Positions 16,967 to 27,802 of a stretch of 64,000 nt of DNA are shown here, piece by piece. The DNA is from Candidatus Vogelbacteria bacterium RIFOXYB1_FULL_42_16 (GTDB lineage Bacteria; Patescibacteriota; Minisyncoccia; Phycocordibacterales; XYD1-FULL-46-19): the NCBI GenBank assembly GCA_001823055.1, contig MHTH01000005.1:34667-98666 (forward strand). Reading direction: 5' to 3'. Position numbers and translations under genes: made by a program. The stretch's first letter is position 1. Each line of letters begins with the position of its first letter. Under the pieces are notes generated by a model. It was not told the origin of the DNA, searched no databases, and worked only from the letters and a program-made list of their open reading frames with translations.

Positions 16967-17773
16967 ATGGAACAAAAACAAGATAATTATGATTGTGCCA
17001 TCATCGTTCCGTCCTGTGACAGTTATGAAGATTCGTGGCAACCTTTTTTTAGTTTCTTTTTTAAATATTGGCCAGATTGTCCTTTCCCAGTTTATCTTTT
17101 AACCGAGAAAAAGGTTTACCCTGATACAAGAGTTAAGACAATAAACCTAGGTGTTGATCATGGTTGGGCAAATAATATGGAAATTTGTTTAGAAGGTATC
17201 TCGGAAAGATATTTTATCTATTTTTTGGAAGATGTCTTTCTCACTAAAAAAGTAAATACAGAAAGAATTATTAAATTATTAAAAATTCTTAAAGATGACC
17301 AAGTTTCCTGTCTGCGTTTATATCCTAGCCCTGGTCCCGATTATCCATATTCTCGGGATAATGATTTAGGAGTAATTAAAAAAGATGCTTCTTATCGTGT
17401 TTCAACCATGACGGCAATTTGGGACAAAAAGTCTTTTCTTCGCCTGCTTAAACCAGGGGAAAATGCCTGGCAAATGGAATTAGAGGGAACCAAACGATCT
17501 TGGTTGATAAACGACTTGTATTTAAGTGTTTGGCCAAAATCACCGGCTATCGAGTATTTTGCTACTGCCATAAAACGTGGCAAATGGCTATACGACGTCG
17601 CCTCATTCTGTCATCGGGAGGGAATAGCGGTAGATTTTACTCGTCGACCAACTGAAACCATGTGGCGATATTTTTGTCGCCGACTGGAAAGGACGCCAGT
17701 GCTGGGCTGGTATTTTAAATTGCCCTCTCGCTTGAATAATTTTGCTAAAAGGGTAATATTCCGTGATATATGA
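16967..17773 (+). CDS. Putative GT-A-like glycosyltransferase
   Basis: [30 protein letters not shown]; context. Confidence 0.55.
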   Translation: MEQKQDNYDCAIIVPSCDSYEDSWQPFFSFFFKYWPDCPFPVYLLTEKKVYPDTRVKTINLGVDHGWANNMEICLEGISERYFIYFLEDVFLTKKVNTERIIKLLKILKDDQVSCLRLYPSPGPDYPYSRDNDLGVIKKDASYRVSTMTAIWDKKSFLRLLKPGENAWQMELEGTKRSWLINDLYLSVWPKSPAIEYFATAIKRGKWLYDVASFCHREGIAVDFTRRPTETMWRYFCRRLERTPVLGWYFKLPSRLNNFAKRVIFRDI

Positions 17774-18816
17774 AAAAAGCTTTAATCACGGGCATTACCG
17801 GTCAAGATGGATCTTATTTGGCTGAGTTGCTTCTATCAAAAGGGTATGAGGTTCATGGAATAATCCGAAGAGCTTCGACTTTTAACACCCAACGAATCGA
17901 GCATATTTTTCAAGATCCCCACGAAGTAGAGAAAAAATTGATTCTCCATTATGGAGATTTATCAGATGGTAGTAGTATTTCTCGCTTGATTGAAAAAATT
18001 AAGCCAGATGAAATTTATCATTTAGGTGCCCAAAGTCATGTGCGGGTTAGTTTTGATGTACCTGAATACACTGCAGATGTAACCGGTCTAGGAACACTCC
18101 GTCTTTTAGATGCCATCAAAGAAGCTGGTCTAAAGACTAGGTTCTATCAAGCTTCTTCATCAGAAATGTTTGGAAAGGTTCAAGAAGTTCCACAGACAGA
18201 ACAAACACCTTTTTATCCCCGATCGCCTTATGGTTGCGCTAAGGTATTTGCTTATTGGATAACAAAAAATTATCGAGAAAGTTATGGTATTTTTGCTTGC
18301 AATGGCATACTTTTTAATCATGAATCAGAAAGAAGAGGAGAAACTTTTGTCACCAGAAAAATAACTAGGGGTTTAGTAAGGGTTAAATTAGGGTTGGATA
18401 AAAAATTATATCTTGGAAATTTAGATGCTAAAAGAGACTGGGGTCATGCTAGAGATTATGTTGAAGGAATGTGGTTAATGCTTCAGGCCGAGGAACCGGA
18501 TGATTATATTTTAGCCACTGGCGAAACTCATAGTATTCGTGAGTTTGTTGAAGAATCGGCAAAATCTTTAGGTTATGAGATCGAATGGCGAGGACAAGGA
18601 ATCGATGAAAAAGGAGTTGATAAAAGAACGGGAAAAACTATAATTGAAATTGACTCCAATTATTTTCGTCCAACGGAAGTCGACCTTTTGATTGGTGATG
18701 CCACTAAAGCCAAAGAAAAACTTGGTTGGGAGCCGAAAATTAGATTTAAAGAATTGGTCGAGATGATGGTGGAACATGATCTCAGAAATGAAGCAGGAAA
18801 AATGAAGGTCAGCTAA
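17770..18816 (+). CDS. gmd: GDP-mannose 4,6-dehydratase
   Basis: [43 protein letters not shown]. Confidence 0.97.
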   Translation: MKKALITGITGQDGSYLAELLLSKGYEVHGIIRRASTFNTQRIEHIFQDPHEVEKKLILHYGDLSDGSSISRLIEKIKPDEIYHLGAQSHVRVSFDVPEYTADVTGLGTLRLLDAIKEAGLKTRFYQASSSEMFGKVQEVPQTEQTPFYPRSPYGCAKVFAYWITKNYRESYGIFACNGILFNHESERRGETFVTRKITRGLVRVKLGLDKKLYLGNLDAKRDWGHARDYVEGMWLMLQAEEPDDYILATGETHSIREFVEESAKSLGYEIEWRGQGIDEKGVDKRTGKTIIEIDSNYFRPTEVDLLIGDATKAKEKLGWEPKIRFKELVEMMVEHDLRNEAGKMKVS

Positions 18817-18823
18817 TTAGTTC

Positions 18824-19987
18824 ATGATAAAGTTAATAAAGTCTAGTTTTTACAACGAAAAAGATACAAAAAAAAAGTTGGCTAAATTCATACTAAAAGC
18901 CAAAATTTTTAGTATGAAGAAAGAATGTGCCAATTTTGAAAAGAAATTTGCCAAAAAACAAAGTCGTCGATATGCAGTTTTTGTTTCCAGTGGCAGTACA
19001 GCTAATTTGGTTTTAATTCAAGCATTGTTAAATTTAGGAAAATTAAAAAAGGGTGACCGAATCGGATTTTCCGCCTTAACTTGGTCGACCAACGTTATGC
19101 CTTTAATGCAATTGGGCCTTATCCCGATTGCTCTTGATTGCAATCTTAAAACTTTGAATGTTTCTCCGTCAGAGATTGAAAAAAAAATTTCAAAAATCAA
19201 AGGTCTTTTTTTGACTAATGTGCTCGGAATGGCTGATGAAATTGAAAAAATTAAAGAGATTTGTCAGCGAAACAAAATTATCTTTATTGAAGATAATTGT
19301 GAATCTCTGGGCTCAAGAATAAGTGGTAAACTCTTGGGAAATTTTGGCCTGGCTTCAACTTTTTCTTTTTTCGTCGGTCATCATCTTTCCACGATTGAAG
19401 GCGGTATGATTTGTACTGATGATGAAAAATTATATCAAATGCTACTCATTACCAGGATTCATGGTTGGGATCGAAATTTGGGTTTAATTGCTCAAAAAGA
19501 AATTAGAACAACTCATAAAGTCGATGATTTCTATGCCAAATATACTTTTTATGATTTAGCGTTTAACGCTAGGCCAACAGAAGTAAATGGTTTTCTTGGT
19601 AATAATCAGTTACAATATTGGGATGAAATGGTTTCAATTAGAGCCAAACATTTTAAATTATTCCAGTCTATTGTTGGCCAGAATGATGATTTTGTTCCCC
19701 TAGATTTGAGTCATATGGATTTAATTTCCAATTTTGCCATGCCAATTATATGTAAAAACAAGAAAACAGTGGAAAAATATAAAAAAAGATTTATCAATCA
19801 CGGTGTCGAAATTAGACCAATTATTGCTGGTAATATAGAGATGCAACCTTTTTATAAAAAATACATCAATAAAAAAACTTATTGTTTAAATTCAAATTTT
19901 ATTCATCAAAATGGTTTTTATTTTGCCAATAATCCTGAACTTAATAAAAAAGAAATTAATACAATTATTGGGCTACTTGCTAAGTAA
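18824..19987 (+). CDS. colD: DegT-family PLP enzyme, ColD-like GDP-4-keto-6-deoxymannose 3-dehydratase
   Basis: EDNCESLG. SFFVGHHLSTIEGG has His at the usual PLP-Lys position. HGWDR present, with no Fe-S cysteines. Lies between gmd and an fcl-like gene. Confidence 0.7.
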   Translation: MIKLIKSSFYNEKDTKKKLAKFILKAKIFSMKKECANFEKKFAKKQSRRYAVFVSSGSTANLVLIQALLNLGKLKKGDRIGFSALTWSTNVMPLMQLGLIPIALDCNLKTLNVSPSEIEKKISKIKGLFLTNVLGMADEIEKIKEICQRNKIIFIEDNCESLGSRISGKLLGNFGLASTFSFFVGHHLSTIEGGMICTDDEKLYQMLLITRIHGWDRNLGLIAQKEIRTTHKVDDFYAKYTFYDLAFNARPTEVNGFLGNNQLQYWDEMVSIRAKHFKLFQSIVGQNDDFVPLDLSHMDLISNFAMPIICKNKKTVEKYKKRFINHGVEIRPIIAGNIEMQPFYKKYINKKTYCLNSNFIHQNGFYFANNPELNKKEINTIIGLLAK

Positions 19988-19998
19988 CAAATTTAAAA

Positions 19999-20937
19999 AT
20001 GATGCAAAAGGACGCCAAAATATATGTGGCTGGTCATAATGGTTTGGTTGGTCAAGCGATTGTTCGTCGGCTAAAATCGGAAGGTTATTCTCAAATAATT
20101 GTTCGGGATCGAGCTCAATTAGATCTCCTAGATCAGGCCAAAGTCAAGGACTTTTTTTTGGAAGAAAAACCGGAATATGTCATCGATGCCGCCGCTAGAG
20201 TCGGTGGGATAAAGGCCAATATAACTTGGCCAACTGAATTTCTTTATGAAAATTTGCAAATTCAAAATAATATCATCTGGTCGGCCTTCCAAACTGATGT
20301 AAAAAAATTGATATTTCTTGGCAGTTCATGTATTTATCCTCAAAATTCTCCTCAACCGATGAAAGAAGAATATTTTCTGGATGGCAAACCTGAACCAACC
20401 AATGAAGGTTATACAATAGCTAAAATTGCCGGCATGAAATTATGCGAAAAGATAAAATTAGAATACCACCGAGATTTTATCTCTTGTGTGCCAACCAATG
20501 TTTATGGTCCGGGAGCCAGTTTTGATTCCGAATCTTCTCATGTGATTCCTTCTTTAATAAAAAAATTTCACGAAGCCAAATTAGCCAACTTGCCGGAGGT
20601 GATAATTTGGGGTAGCGGAAAAAACCGACGTGAATTTTTATATGTTGACGATTTAGCAGAGGCAGTGATTTGGCTGATGAATAATTATGATGGCCAAGAT
20701 TTTATAAATGTTGGGGTGGGGCAAGATATTTCAATTGAAGAACTGGCTATCCTAATTAAAGATATTGTTGGCTATGAAGGCAAATTGGTTTTTGATGATA
20801 GCAAACCTGGGGGAATGGCGGTTAAATTGCTAGATGTCTCAAAATTGACAAAACTTGGTTGGCAGGCCAAAACCGACCTAAGGAATGGTCTCAAAAAAAC
20901 CTATAAAAGTTTTCTATCTGGTAATCTGCGACAATAA
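19999..20937 (+). CDS. fcl: GDP-L-fucose synthase-like epimerase/reductase (ColC candidate)
   Basis: AGHNGLVG, AARVGGI, LGSSCIYP, EPTNEGY, PTNVYGP, REFLYVDD. Confidence 0.92.
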   Translation: MMQKDAKIYVAGHNGLVGQAIVRRLKSEGYSQIIVRDRAQLDLLDQAKVKDFFLEEKPEYVIDAAARVGGIKANITWPTEFLYENLQIQNNIIWSAFQTDVKKLIFLGSSCIYPQNSPQPMKEEYFLDGKPEPTNEGYTIAKIAGMKLCEKIKLEYHRDFISCVPTNVYGPGASFDSESSHVIPSLIKKFHEAKLANLPEVIIWGSGKNRREFLYVDDLAEAVIWLMNNYDGQDFINVGVGQDISIEELAILIKDIVGYEGKLVFDDSKPGGMAVKLLDVSKLTKLGWQAKTDLRNGLKKTYKSFLSGNLRQ

Positions 20938-20951
20938 TTTTAAAAAAATTA

Positions 20952-22118
20952 TTGTCATCAAAAGATATGAAAATTATTTATTTAGCTAATGTTAGAGTTC
21001 CAACAGAAAATGCCCATGGTCTGCAGATCGCTAAAATGTGTGAAGCTCTGGCTCAAATCGAAGCCGAAGTCATCCTTCTTGTTCCAAGAAGAAATAATCA
21101 CATTAAAGCTGATATTTTTTCCTATTATAGTCTAGAAAAAAATTTTAAAATTGAAACTTTACCAACTTTTGATTTAAATGATTTTGGGAGGGTTGGCTTT
21201 TGGTTGCAAAATTTCTTTTTTTCTCTAGTCAGTTTTTTTTATTGCTTAAGTCATCCCAATTTTGATTTAATTTATTCACGTGATGAATTACCACTTCTGT
21301 TTGTATCTTTTTTGACAAAAAAAACAATTTGGGAAATCCATATTAACCGGTATAATTTTTTGACCAGAATTTTAACCTCAAAAGTGTCTGCTATCGTGGC
21401 GATTAGTGGTGGATTAAAAAAATTTTTAGAAGAAAGTGGAGTAAATTTACAAAAAATTTTAGTCTGTCCTGATGCTGTTGACTTATCGATATTTGATCGT
21501 CTGCCTAAAGACAAAAAAATACTACGGGAAAAGCTTGGTTTATTGCCGGGGAGATTATTAGTTACCTATGTTGGCAAATATACGACAATGAATCAAGATA
21601 AGGGGGTAGACGATTTAATTAAAGCCTTTACTTTTGTTCATAGAAAATTACCGCTCAGTCAACTGTTGTTAGTCGGCATTCAAAATACGGTAATTGAGAG
21701 ACTAAAAAATATCTTAGTCGCGGAAGGTATTTCTGAAAATGATTATTGCATTATTACGCATAAACCTCATGATGTCGCGATGCAATATGTTAAAACGGGC
21801 GATGTCTTAATAATGAATTATCCCAATATTGGCCACTACACCCTTTATATGTCACCGCTTAAACTTTTTGAGTATATGGCTAGCGGTAACCCCATCGTCA
21901 GCACTTCTTTGCCCAGTATCAGGGAGATTTTATCCTCTGATGAGGCTTATTTGATAGAGCCGAACAATATTGAATCATTAGTCAATAGCATCGTCTACGC
22001 TTTAAATAATCCAGAAGAATCAAACAAAAAGGCTAGACTCGCTCTAGATTTGGTCAGGAAAAAATATACTTGGGAGTCTCGAGCCAAGAATATCTTGAGA
22101 TTTTTTAAGGATTTTTAA
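20952..22118 (+). CDS. Glycosyltransferase family 4
   Basis: AHGLQIAKMCEA; SPLKLFEYMASG. Confidence 0.9.
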   Translation: MSSKDMKIIYLANVRVPTENAHGLQIAKMCEALAQIEAEVILLVPRRNNHIKADIFSYYSLEKNFKIETLPTFDLNDFGRVGFWLQNFFFSLVSFFYCLSHPNFDLIYSRDELPLLFVSFLTKKTIWEIHINRYNFLTRILTSKVSAIVAISGGLKKFLEESGVNLQKILVCPDAVDLSIFDRLPKDKKILREKLGLLPGRLLVTYVGKYTTMNQDKGVDDLIKAFTFVHRKLPLSQLLLVGIQNTVIERLKNILVAEGISENDYCIITHKPHDVAMQYVKTGDVLIMNYPNIGHYTLYMSPLKLFEYMASGNPIVSTSLPSIREILSSDEAYLIEPNNIESLVNSIVYALNNPEESNKKARLALDLVRKKYTWESRAKNILRFFKDF

Positions 22119-22202
22119 CTTTTTCTATATCATAAAATAGTAAATTGCCTAATATCAAGAAAGTTGATTTTTTATTCATGATGGGTTATATTTTGCAATA
22201 CT

Positions 22203-22973
22203 ATGTCCGAGTCAAATTCAGATAAAAGTTACCTAGCTAAACGTTTTGAATTTAAATATTTGGTTTCCCCCATGCGAGCTTTGTTATTGGAGAGATATTT
22301 AGAAAAAATAGGATTGAAGTTAGATAATTTTTCTCAAAATGGTTCCTACCAAGTGCACTCAATTTATTTTGAAACCCCATTTTTAGATGATTATCGCGAC
22401 AAAGATGGTTCCTATTTAACCAGGAAAAAAATGCGGGTAAGGTGGTATGAAGAACATAATCAAGTGCCGGAGAAAGCTTGGCTGGAAATAAAAAACAAAA
22501 GAAATCAACTTATCAGTAAAGAGCGGGTCAAAATTTCCGCTGAAGCTTATCGTCTTTTGGTTGAGAGAGGTGAAGTATTGCACTTAATAAGTGATTCTAG
22601 TATTGTGACCAAGGACAAACCAACCATTAGTCGTTTTTGCCGACTTTATCTAAGAGGTCATTATCATCCTTATGTTTTAGTTACTTATAAAAGGACTGCT
22701 TATTTAGGTGATTATTTGATGCCGATTAGAATTACTTTTGACCGAGATATTCATGCCACTTGGACCAATGATTTGTTTAGAAATTCAGAAGCGGGCTTAA
22801 CACCGATTAGAAATGACAATGCGGTAGTGATGGAAGTAAAATTTAATGGCCAGATGCCTTGGTGGTTCACAAATATGCTGAAAATGTTTAATCTTCGTCG
22901 AGACACCTTTTCCAAATATGCCAACTCCGTTGATGCCGTTCATAATCGTTATCAGATTCCCATTAGCAGATAA
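22203..22973 (+). CDS. VTC (polyphosphate polymerase) domain protein
   Basis: RFEFKY, SIYFET, RKKMRVRWY, RITFD, MEVKF, FSKY. Confidence 0.88.
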   Translation: MSESNSDKSYLAKRFEFKYLVSPMRALLLERYLEKIGLKLDNFSQNGSYQVHSIYFETPFLDDYRDKDGSYLTRKKMRVRWYEEHNQVPEKAWLEIKNKRNQLISKERVKISAEAYRLLVERGEVLHLISDSSIVTKDKPTISRFCRLYLRGHYHPYVLVTYKRTAYLGDYLMPIRITFDRDIHATWTNDLFRNSEAGLTPIRNDNAVVMEVKFNGQMPWWFTNMLKMFNLRRDTFSKYANSVDAVHNRYQIPISR

Positions 22974-22999
22974 ATTATTATTTATTAATTAAAATTTTT

Positions 23000-23680
23000 A
23001 TGGATTTTTCCAGCTTTTACAATCTTAATCCAACTGAATTCAGTTCAGCGGTGATCGTTTTTAATTTGTTTTTTTCTTTGTTTCTACAGTTGTTTATCAT
23101 TTATATTTATAAAAAGACTCGCCATGGCCTGTCTCATTCTCAGTCTTTTATATTTTCCATCATCATTTTTGGTGTGCTGAGTACGGCTATTATGATGGCT
23201 GTTCAGAATAACATCATCGGCGCTTTCGCTATTTTCTCTGCTTTTACCTTGGTTCGCTTCCGCTCTATTTTAAAGGAACCCAGTGATTTGGCTTACATCT
23301 TCTTTGCTCTAGTTATTGGCATTGCTTCGGGTATGAGTCATTATTCATTAGCTTTGATTACCGCGCTGTTTTTAGGCTTGATTATTTATGGTTTTCATCG
23401 TTTTGGATTGGGTAAGGTGGTTGAAAATTTTGATTATTTATTGATTTTAGTTACTGATAAGAATTTTCGTCTGGACAGTTTAAATGTATTGTTCGATGAA
23501 CATTTAGAACGTCGGGAATTTTTACATGCCAAACATTATGAGAATAATCAAAGCGAATACGGCCTGCTACTGCATTTAAAAGAAACAGACAATTTAAATA
23601 TTTTAGTTGATCAGTTGAATACCATTCCTCTAATAAAAAGAGTGGAAGTTTTGTCCAGTCAAAATACGGCAGAATACTAA
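23000..23680 (+). CDS. DUF4956 membrane protein
   Basis: 4 TM segments; VRFRSILKE motif; follows the VTC gene. Confidence 0.85.
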   Translation: MDFSSFYNLNPTEFSSAVIVFNLFFSLFLQLFIIYIYKKTRHGLSHSQSFIFSIIIFGVLSTAIMMAVQNNIIGAFAIFSAFTLVRFRSILKEPSDLAYIFFALVIGIASGMSHYSLALITALFLGLIIYGFHRFGLGKVVENFDYLLILVTDKNFRLDSLNVLFDEHLERREFLHAKHYENNQSEYGLLLHLKETDNLNILVDQLNTIPLIKRVEVLSSQNTAEY

Positions 23681-23684
23681 GAAA

Positions 23685-25997
23685 ATGAGTTTAGCTAGGA
23701 GAAAAAGAAAAAAACTGATTTTAACGATCATTACCATTTCAATTTTGGTATTAGTTTTTCTTTTTCCATTGGCTTATCATTATCGAATAGTTCTTATTAG
23801 GCATCCACTTGTGGCACAATTGGTGCCACTTTATCGTTCTCTAATAAAGTTTCCGGATTTGTTATTTTTGCCTCGCTATGCTTTTTTTGACAGCCAACTA
23901 GAAACTTACAAAATAAATATTTCTATAAAAGATATTAGAAGACTAGATATGGCTCTACCCGTACCTTTTTCGGGAGGTGAATTGGAAGATGACAATAAAG
24001 TTTGGGTATCTGCTGATTTTAAAACTGACGATTATCAAGATCGGGTTAAAATACGTTATCGAGGAACAATTGCTAATCATTGGAATAGTTATAAAAAATC
24101 ATTTTTAGTCAAGTTTCCTAAAGACCATCTTTTTAAAGGGATGAGAGAGCTAAATTTAGTAATTCCTGATGATCGGCTGTATTTTATTGAACCTCTGAAT
24201 AATTATCGAGCTAAAAAGTTAGATTTGATTGTGCCTGACAGTTCTAATGTTAAAGTATCAATTAACGGCGTAGATCACGGTGTCTATTTAGTTTTCGAAC
24301 ATTGGACTCAAGAATGGTTGGAAAAACAACCCGTCTCCAATAATTCTTTAATTTTAGGTATAGGCCAATCAATCGTGGGAACATCAACTTCCTCTATTTT
24401 TACCCCCGAGGGTATTGTCTACTGGAATAGTTGGAATTCTGATGCTCCTGATCTGGATGCGGTAAAAGCACTCAATGAAATTATTAGTAAAACAGATGAT
24501 GAGACTTTTAAAAAATTAATACCACATTTGGTTAGTATCGATGAGATTTTAGCTTTTAACGTCGTCAGTATGCTCTCTGGTGAATTTCATGGTGCGGGCG
24601 ATTCTCCGTCTGGGGCCAACAATACTATGATGGTATTTGATAAATTGATTGGCAAATTCAGGCCGATTCCCTACAATGTAGCTATATCTGATCTAAACAA
24701 CAGTTACAAAGAAATGCCAACTTCTTTGGAGAGAAGAATTTTAGCTATACCGGAATGGAAAGAGGATCGCGATCGTTTGTTAAAAGATTATTTAAATAAC
24801 AATAAAGAAGATGATTTGCGCTTTATTGAATCATGGATTAGCAAATACAATAACGATTTTTTGGCAGATCAATCAAAATTATCCAATAACCTCACTTATC
24901 TTAAAGACATTAACCAACTAAAAAAAATGGTTAAATTTTATCAAGATGAAGCGTTAAAACATCTAAACGATAAATATCCTCTGATTTTTATAATTAAAGA
25001 GCCTCTTAATTTGCCGGTCAACTTTAATTATTTGTTTCAAGTAGCTTTATCGCCGGAACAATTTGTTAAACAGAATCCTGAATTTAGCTTAAACGATAGT
25101 GGTCTGGTCTTAGAAAGTGGTTTTCATTACTTTTTTCGAACAATTATTATACCGGCTAAGACGAAATTGACTATTATGCCTGGCGCTGTTCTTGTGATGG
25201 GTCCAAAAGTGTCATTTGTTTCTTATAGTCCAATTCAAGCGATCGGAACAGCGGTTGAACCCATAAAAATTTTACCAGCCAGTTTGGAACCGTGGGGAAA
25301 TTTCGTTGTTATTGATACTGGTAGACAAAAAAATACTTTTGACCGTATCTTTATTTCTACTGGCAGTGAAAGTACTGTTAATGGTATTTTTATTTCTGGC
25401 ACCCTATCTTTTCATGGTTCTGATGTTAAATTGACCAATTCTTTTTTAGAAAATGCTCAAGGAGACGATACTTTGAATATCAAATCAGCTGAAGGTATTG
25501 TTGTTGGTAACACCTTTGTTTCTAATAGTTCAGATGCTGTCGATCTTGATTTTCCTGGATCCGAAACGATCATTGAGAACAACGAATTCTTTAATAATGG
25601 TGGTGACGCTGTTGATTTGTCTTGGAGCGATGTTTTGATAAAAAATAATATTATGATTGGCTCTGGAGACAAGGGGATAAGTGTCGGTGAACGTTCCCAC
25701 CCGATTATTATTGGGAATTTAATTGCTAAGAATGTTATAGGTGTAGCTATCAAAGATCTATCGACAACGACAATGGATAGTAATATCATCATTAAAAACA
25801 AGATCGGTTTAGCAGCTTACGAAAAGAAAGAATGGTTCGGTGGCGGTCAAGCTTACGTTAAAAATGGTGTTTTATGGGGCAATGAAAATGAGATTCAAAA
25901 AGATGAACTGTCAAAAATAGATATTTCAAATAGTGTTGTCAGAACAAAACCGGTTCTTTTAAATTGGCCTAAAAAAATCAGGGATTTGATCGAGTAA
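23685..25997 (+). CDS. CotH kinase-family protein with C-terminal right-handed beta-helix
   Basis: VKIRYRG..HW..KKSF, NGVDHGVY; repeated GDAVD and GDKGISVGE; N-terminal TM. Confidence 0.8.
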   Translation: MSLARRKRKKLILTIITISILVLVFLFPLAYHYRIVLIRHPLVAQLVPLYRSLIKFPDLLFLPRYAFFDSQLETYKINISIKDIRRLDMALPVPFSGGELEDDNKVWVSADFKTDDYQDRVKIRYRGTIANHWNSYKKSFLVKFPKDHLFKGMRELNLVIPDDRLYFIEPLNNYRAKKLDLIVPDSSNVKVSINGVDHGVYLVFEHWTQEWLEKQPVSNNSLILGIGQSIVGTSTSSIFTPEGIVYWNSWNSDAPDLDAVKALNEIISKTDDETFKKLIPHLVSIDEILAFNVVSMLSGEFHGAGDSPSGANNTMMVFDKLIGKFRPIPYNVAISDLNNSYKEMPTSLERRILAIPEWKEDRDRLLKDYLNNNKEDDLRFIESWISKYNNDFLADQSKLSNNLTYLKDINQLKKMVKFYQDEALKHLNDKYPLIFIIKEPLNLPVNFNYLFQVALSPEQFVKQNPEFSLNDSGLVLESGFHYFFRTIIIPAKTKLTIMPGAVLVMGPKVSFVSYSPIQAIGTAVEPIKILPASLEPWGNFVVIDTGRQKNTFDRIFISTGSESTVNGIFISGTLSFHGSDVKLTNSFLENAQGDDTLNIKSAEGIVVGNTFVSNSSDAVDLDFPGSETIIENNEFFNNGGDAVDLSWSDVLIKNNIMIGSGDKGISVGERSHPIIIGNLIAKNVIGVAIKDLSTTTMDSNIIIKNKIGLAAYEKKEWFGGGQAYVKNGVLWGNENEIQKDELSKIDISNSVVRTKPVLLNWPKKIRDLIE

Positions 25998-26023
25998 ATT
26001 GATAATGTTATTCATAATTTATT

Positions 26024-26728
26024 ATGCCTAAAATACTAATTATAATTCCTAGTTATAACGAACAGGATAATATTGTAAAGTTGATTGATAGTCTCTTTAG
26101 TGTTTGTTCCCACTGTGACATTTTAATCGTTGATGACGGTTTTGATAAAACTGCTGATTTGGTTAAAGAAGCACAAAGACAACATTCCAATTTGTTTTTA
26201 ATTAAGAGGAACGGCAAAGGTGGACGGGGAACGGCAGTTTTAGACGGTCTAAAGTTTGGTCTACAAAAAAATTATGATTTTTTTGTAGAGATGGATGCGG
26301 ATTTATCGCATCAACCAAATGAATTACCATCCTTGCTTGATTTAGCCAAAACCAACGCGGTAGTTATCGGTTCAAGATATATCAAAAATAGTAGGATTAT
26401 CGGTTGGCCTTGGCGTCGCCGGGTTTTCAGTTGGTTGGCCAATTTTTATGCCAATTTGATTTTAAGGATTGGGATTAAAGATTATACCAATGGCTATCGG
26501 GTTTATGGTCGACAAGCGGTTCAAAAAATAGATTTTAACAAAATAAAATCATCGGGCTATGTCGTTTTATCTGAAATTGCCCACCAGCTTTTTATTAAGG
26601 GAGTGAAGTTTTACGAGGTGCCAATTATTTTCATAAACAGAAAACAGGGAGCGTCAAATTTTTCCCTTCGAGAAATTAAAGAAGCTTTTTTGTCAGTGTT
26701 TAGAATCAAGTTGTCTAAGTTGGAATAA
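26024..26728 (+). CDS. GT2 polyprenol-phosphate glycosyltransferase (DPM1-like)
   Basis: IPSYNE, IVDDG, EMDADLSH, GSRY. Confidence 0.92.
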   Translation: MPKILIIIPSYNEQDNIVKLIDSLFSVCSHCDILIVDDGFDKTADLVKEAQRQHSNLFLIKRNGKGGRGTAVLDGLKFGLQKNYDFFVEMDADLSHQPNELPSLLDLAKTNAVVIGSRYIKNSRIIGWPWRRRVFSWLANFYANLILRIGIKDYTNGYRVYGRQAVQKIDFNKIKSSGYVVLSEIAHQLFIKGVKFYEVPIIFINRKQGASNFSLREIKEAFLSVFRIKLSKLE

Positions 26729-26857
26729 ATTTTTAAATGATATTTAAATCATCTTTCCCTATTATTTCCCCGGAAAATTTTAAGGAAAAATGAGTTATTG
26801 TGACGCTTGTTTTTTTTGATGAAGTGAGTATAATCCTATCATAATCAACATAATCAA

Positions 26858-27802
26858 ATGAAAAAAATAGCTTTAATTACCGGTATTACCGGTCAAGATG
26901 GCTCCTATATGGCGGAATTGTTATTGGAAAAAGGTTATGAAGTCCATGGCATTGTTAGGAGGAACTCAGTTCAAGATTATAGAAATATCAGAAAAATCAA
27001 GGATAAAATAAAACTCCACGAAGGTGATTTGGCCGACAGCGGTTCCTTGCATAGAATTATGGCCGAAGTGATGCCGGATGAGGTCTATAATTTTGGTGCC
27101 ATGGCCGGTGTGAGTCCCAGTTTTAAGCAACCAGAATTTTCTTTGATGTCCTGCGGTGTCTCGGTCTGCTCACTATTAGAAGCTGTTAGATTGCTTAAAC
27201 CCAGTGTTAAATTTTTTCAAGCATCTTCTTCTCATATGTTTGGTAATACTTGTATTAGTCCGCAAAATGAATTGACTCCATTACAACCGATTAGTCCCTA
27301 TGGTTGTGGCAAAGCTTTAGGACATAATTTGGTCAGACATTATCGAGAAAGTTATAAAATGTTTGTGGTGTCGGGGATAATGTATGCCCACGCCTCTCCA
27401 AGATATTCTGAAGGGTTTTTGTTAAGCAAGATCGTCTCTACGATCCGTCGAATAAAAGCTGGTGAAGATATTAAACTAGAAGTCGGCGATATTGATGTGC
27501 CGATGGATATTGGTTACGCCAAAGATTATGTTGAAGCTATTTATCAAGCGGTGCAATTAGATACTCCTGAAGATTTTATTATTGGCACTGGTGAGATTCA
27601 TACTCCTCGGGAATTTATCGAGCTATCTTTTAAAGAGGCTGGTCTAGACTTAGATAAATATCTTGTTTATAACGAATCGTTGAAGCGTCCGTCAGAAGTT
27701 AGCGCCCTGGTCGCTGATTACTCTAAAGCCAACAAATTTTTTGATTATAAACCAAAAACATCCTTTAACGATTTTATTAAGATAATGGTGAATGGTTTAT
27801 GA
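26858..27802 (+). CDS. Second, divergent GDP-mannose 4,6-dehydratase-like SDR
   Basis: [26 protein letters not shown]. Several canonical Gmd residues are altered. Confidence 0.8.
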   Translation: MKKIALITGITGQDGSYMAELLLEKGYEVHGIVRRNSVQDYRNIRKIKDKIKLHEGDLADSGSLHRIMAEVMPDEVYNFGAMAGVSPSFKQPEFSLMSCGVSVCSLLEAVRLLKPSVKFFQASSSHMFGNTCISPQNELTPLQPISPYGCGKALGHNLVRHYRESYKMFVVSGIMYAHASPRYSEGFLLSKIVSTIRRIKAGEDIKLEVGDIDVPMDIGYAKDYVEAIYQAVQLDTPEDFIIGTGEIHTPREFIELSFKEAGLDLDKYLVYNESLKRPSEVSALVADYSKANKFFDYKPKTSFNDFIKIMVNGL

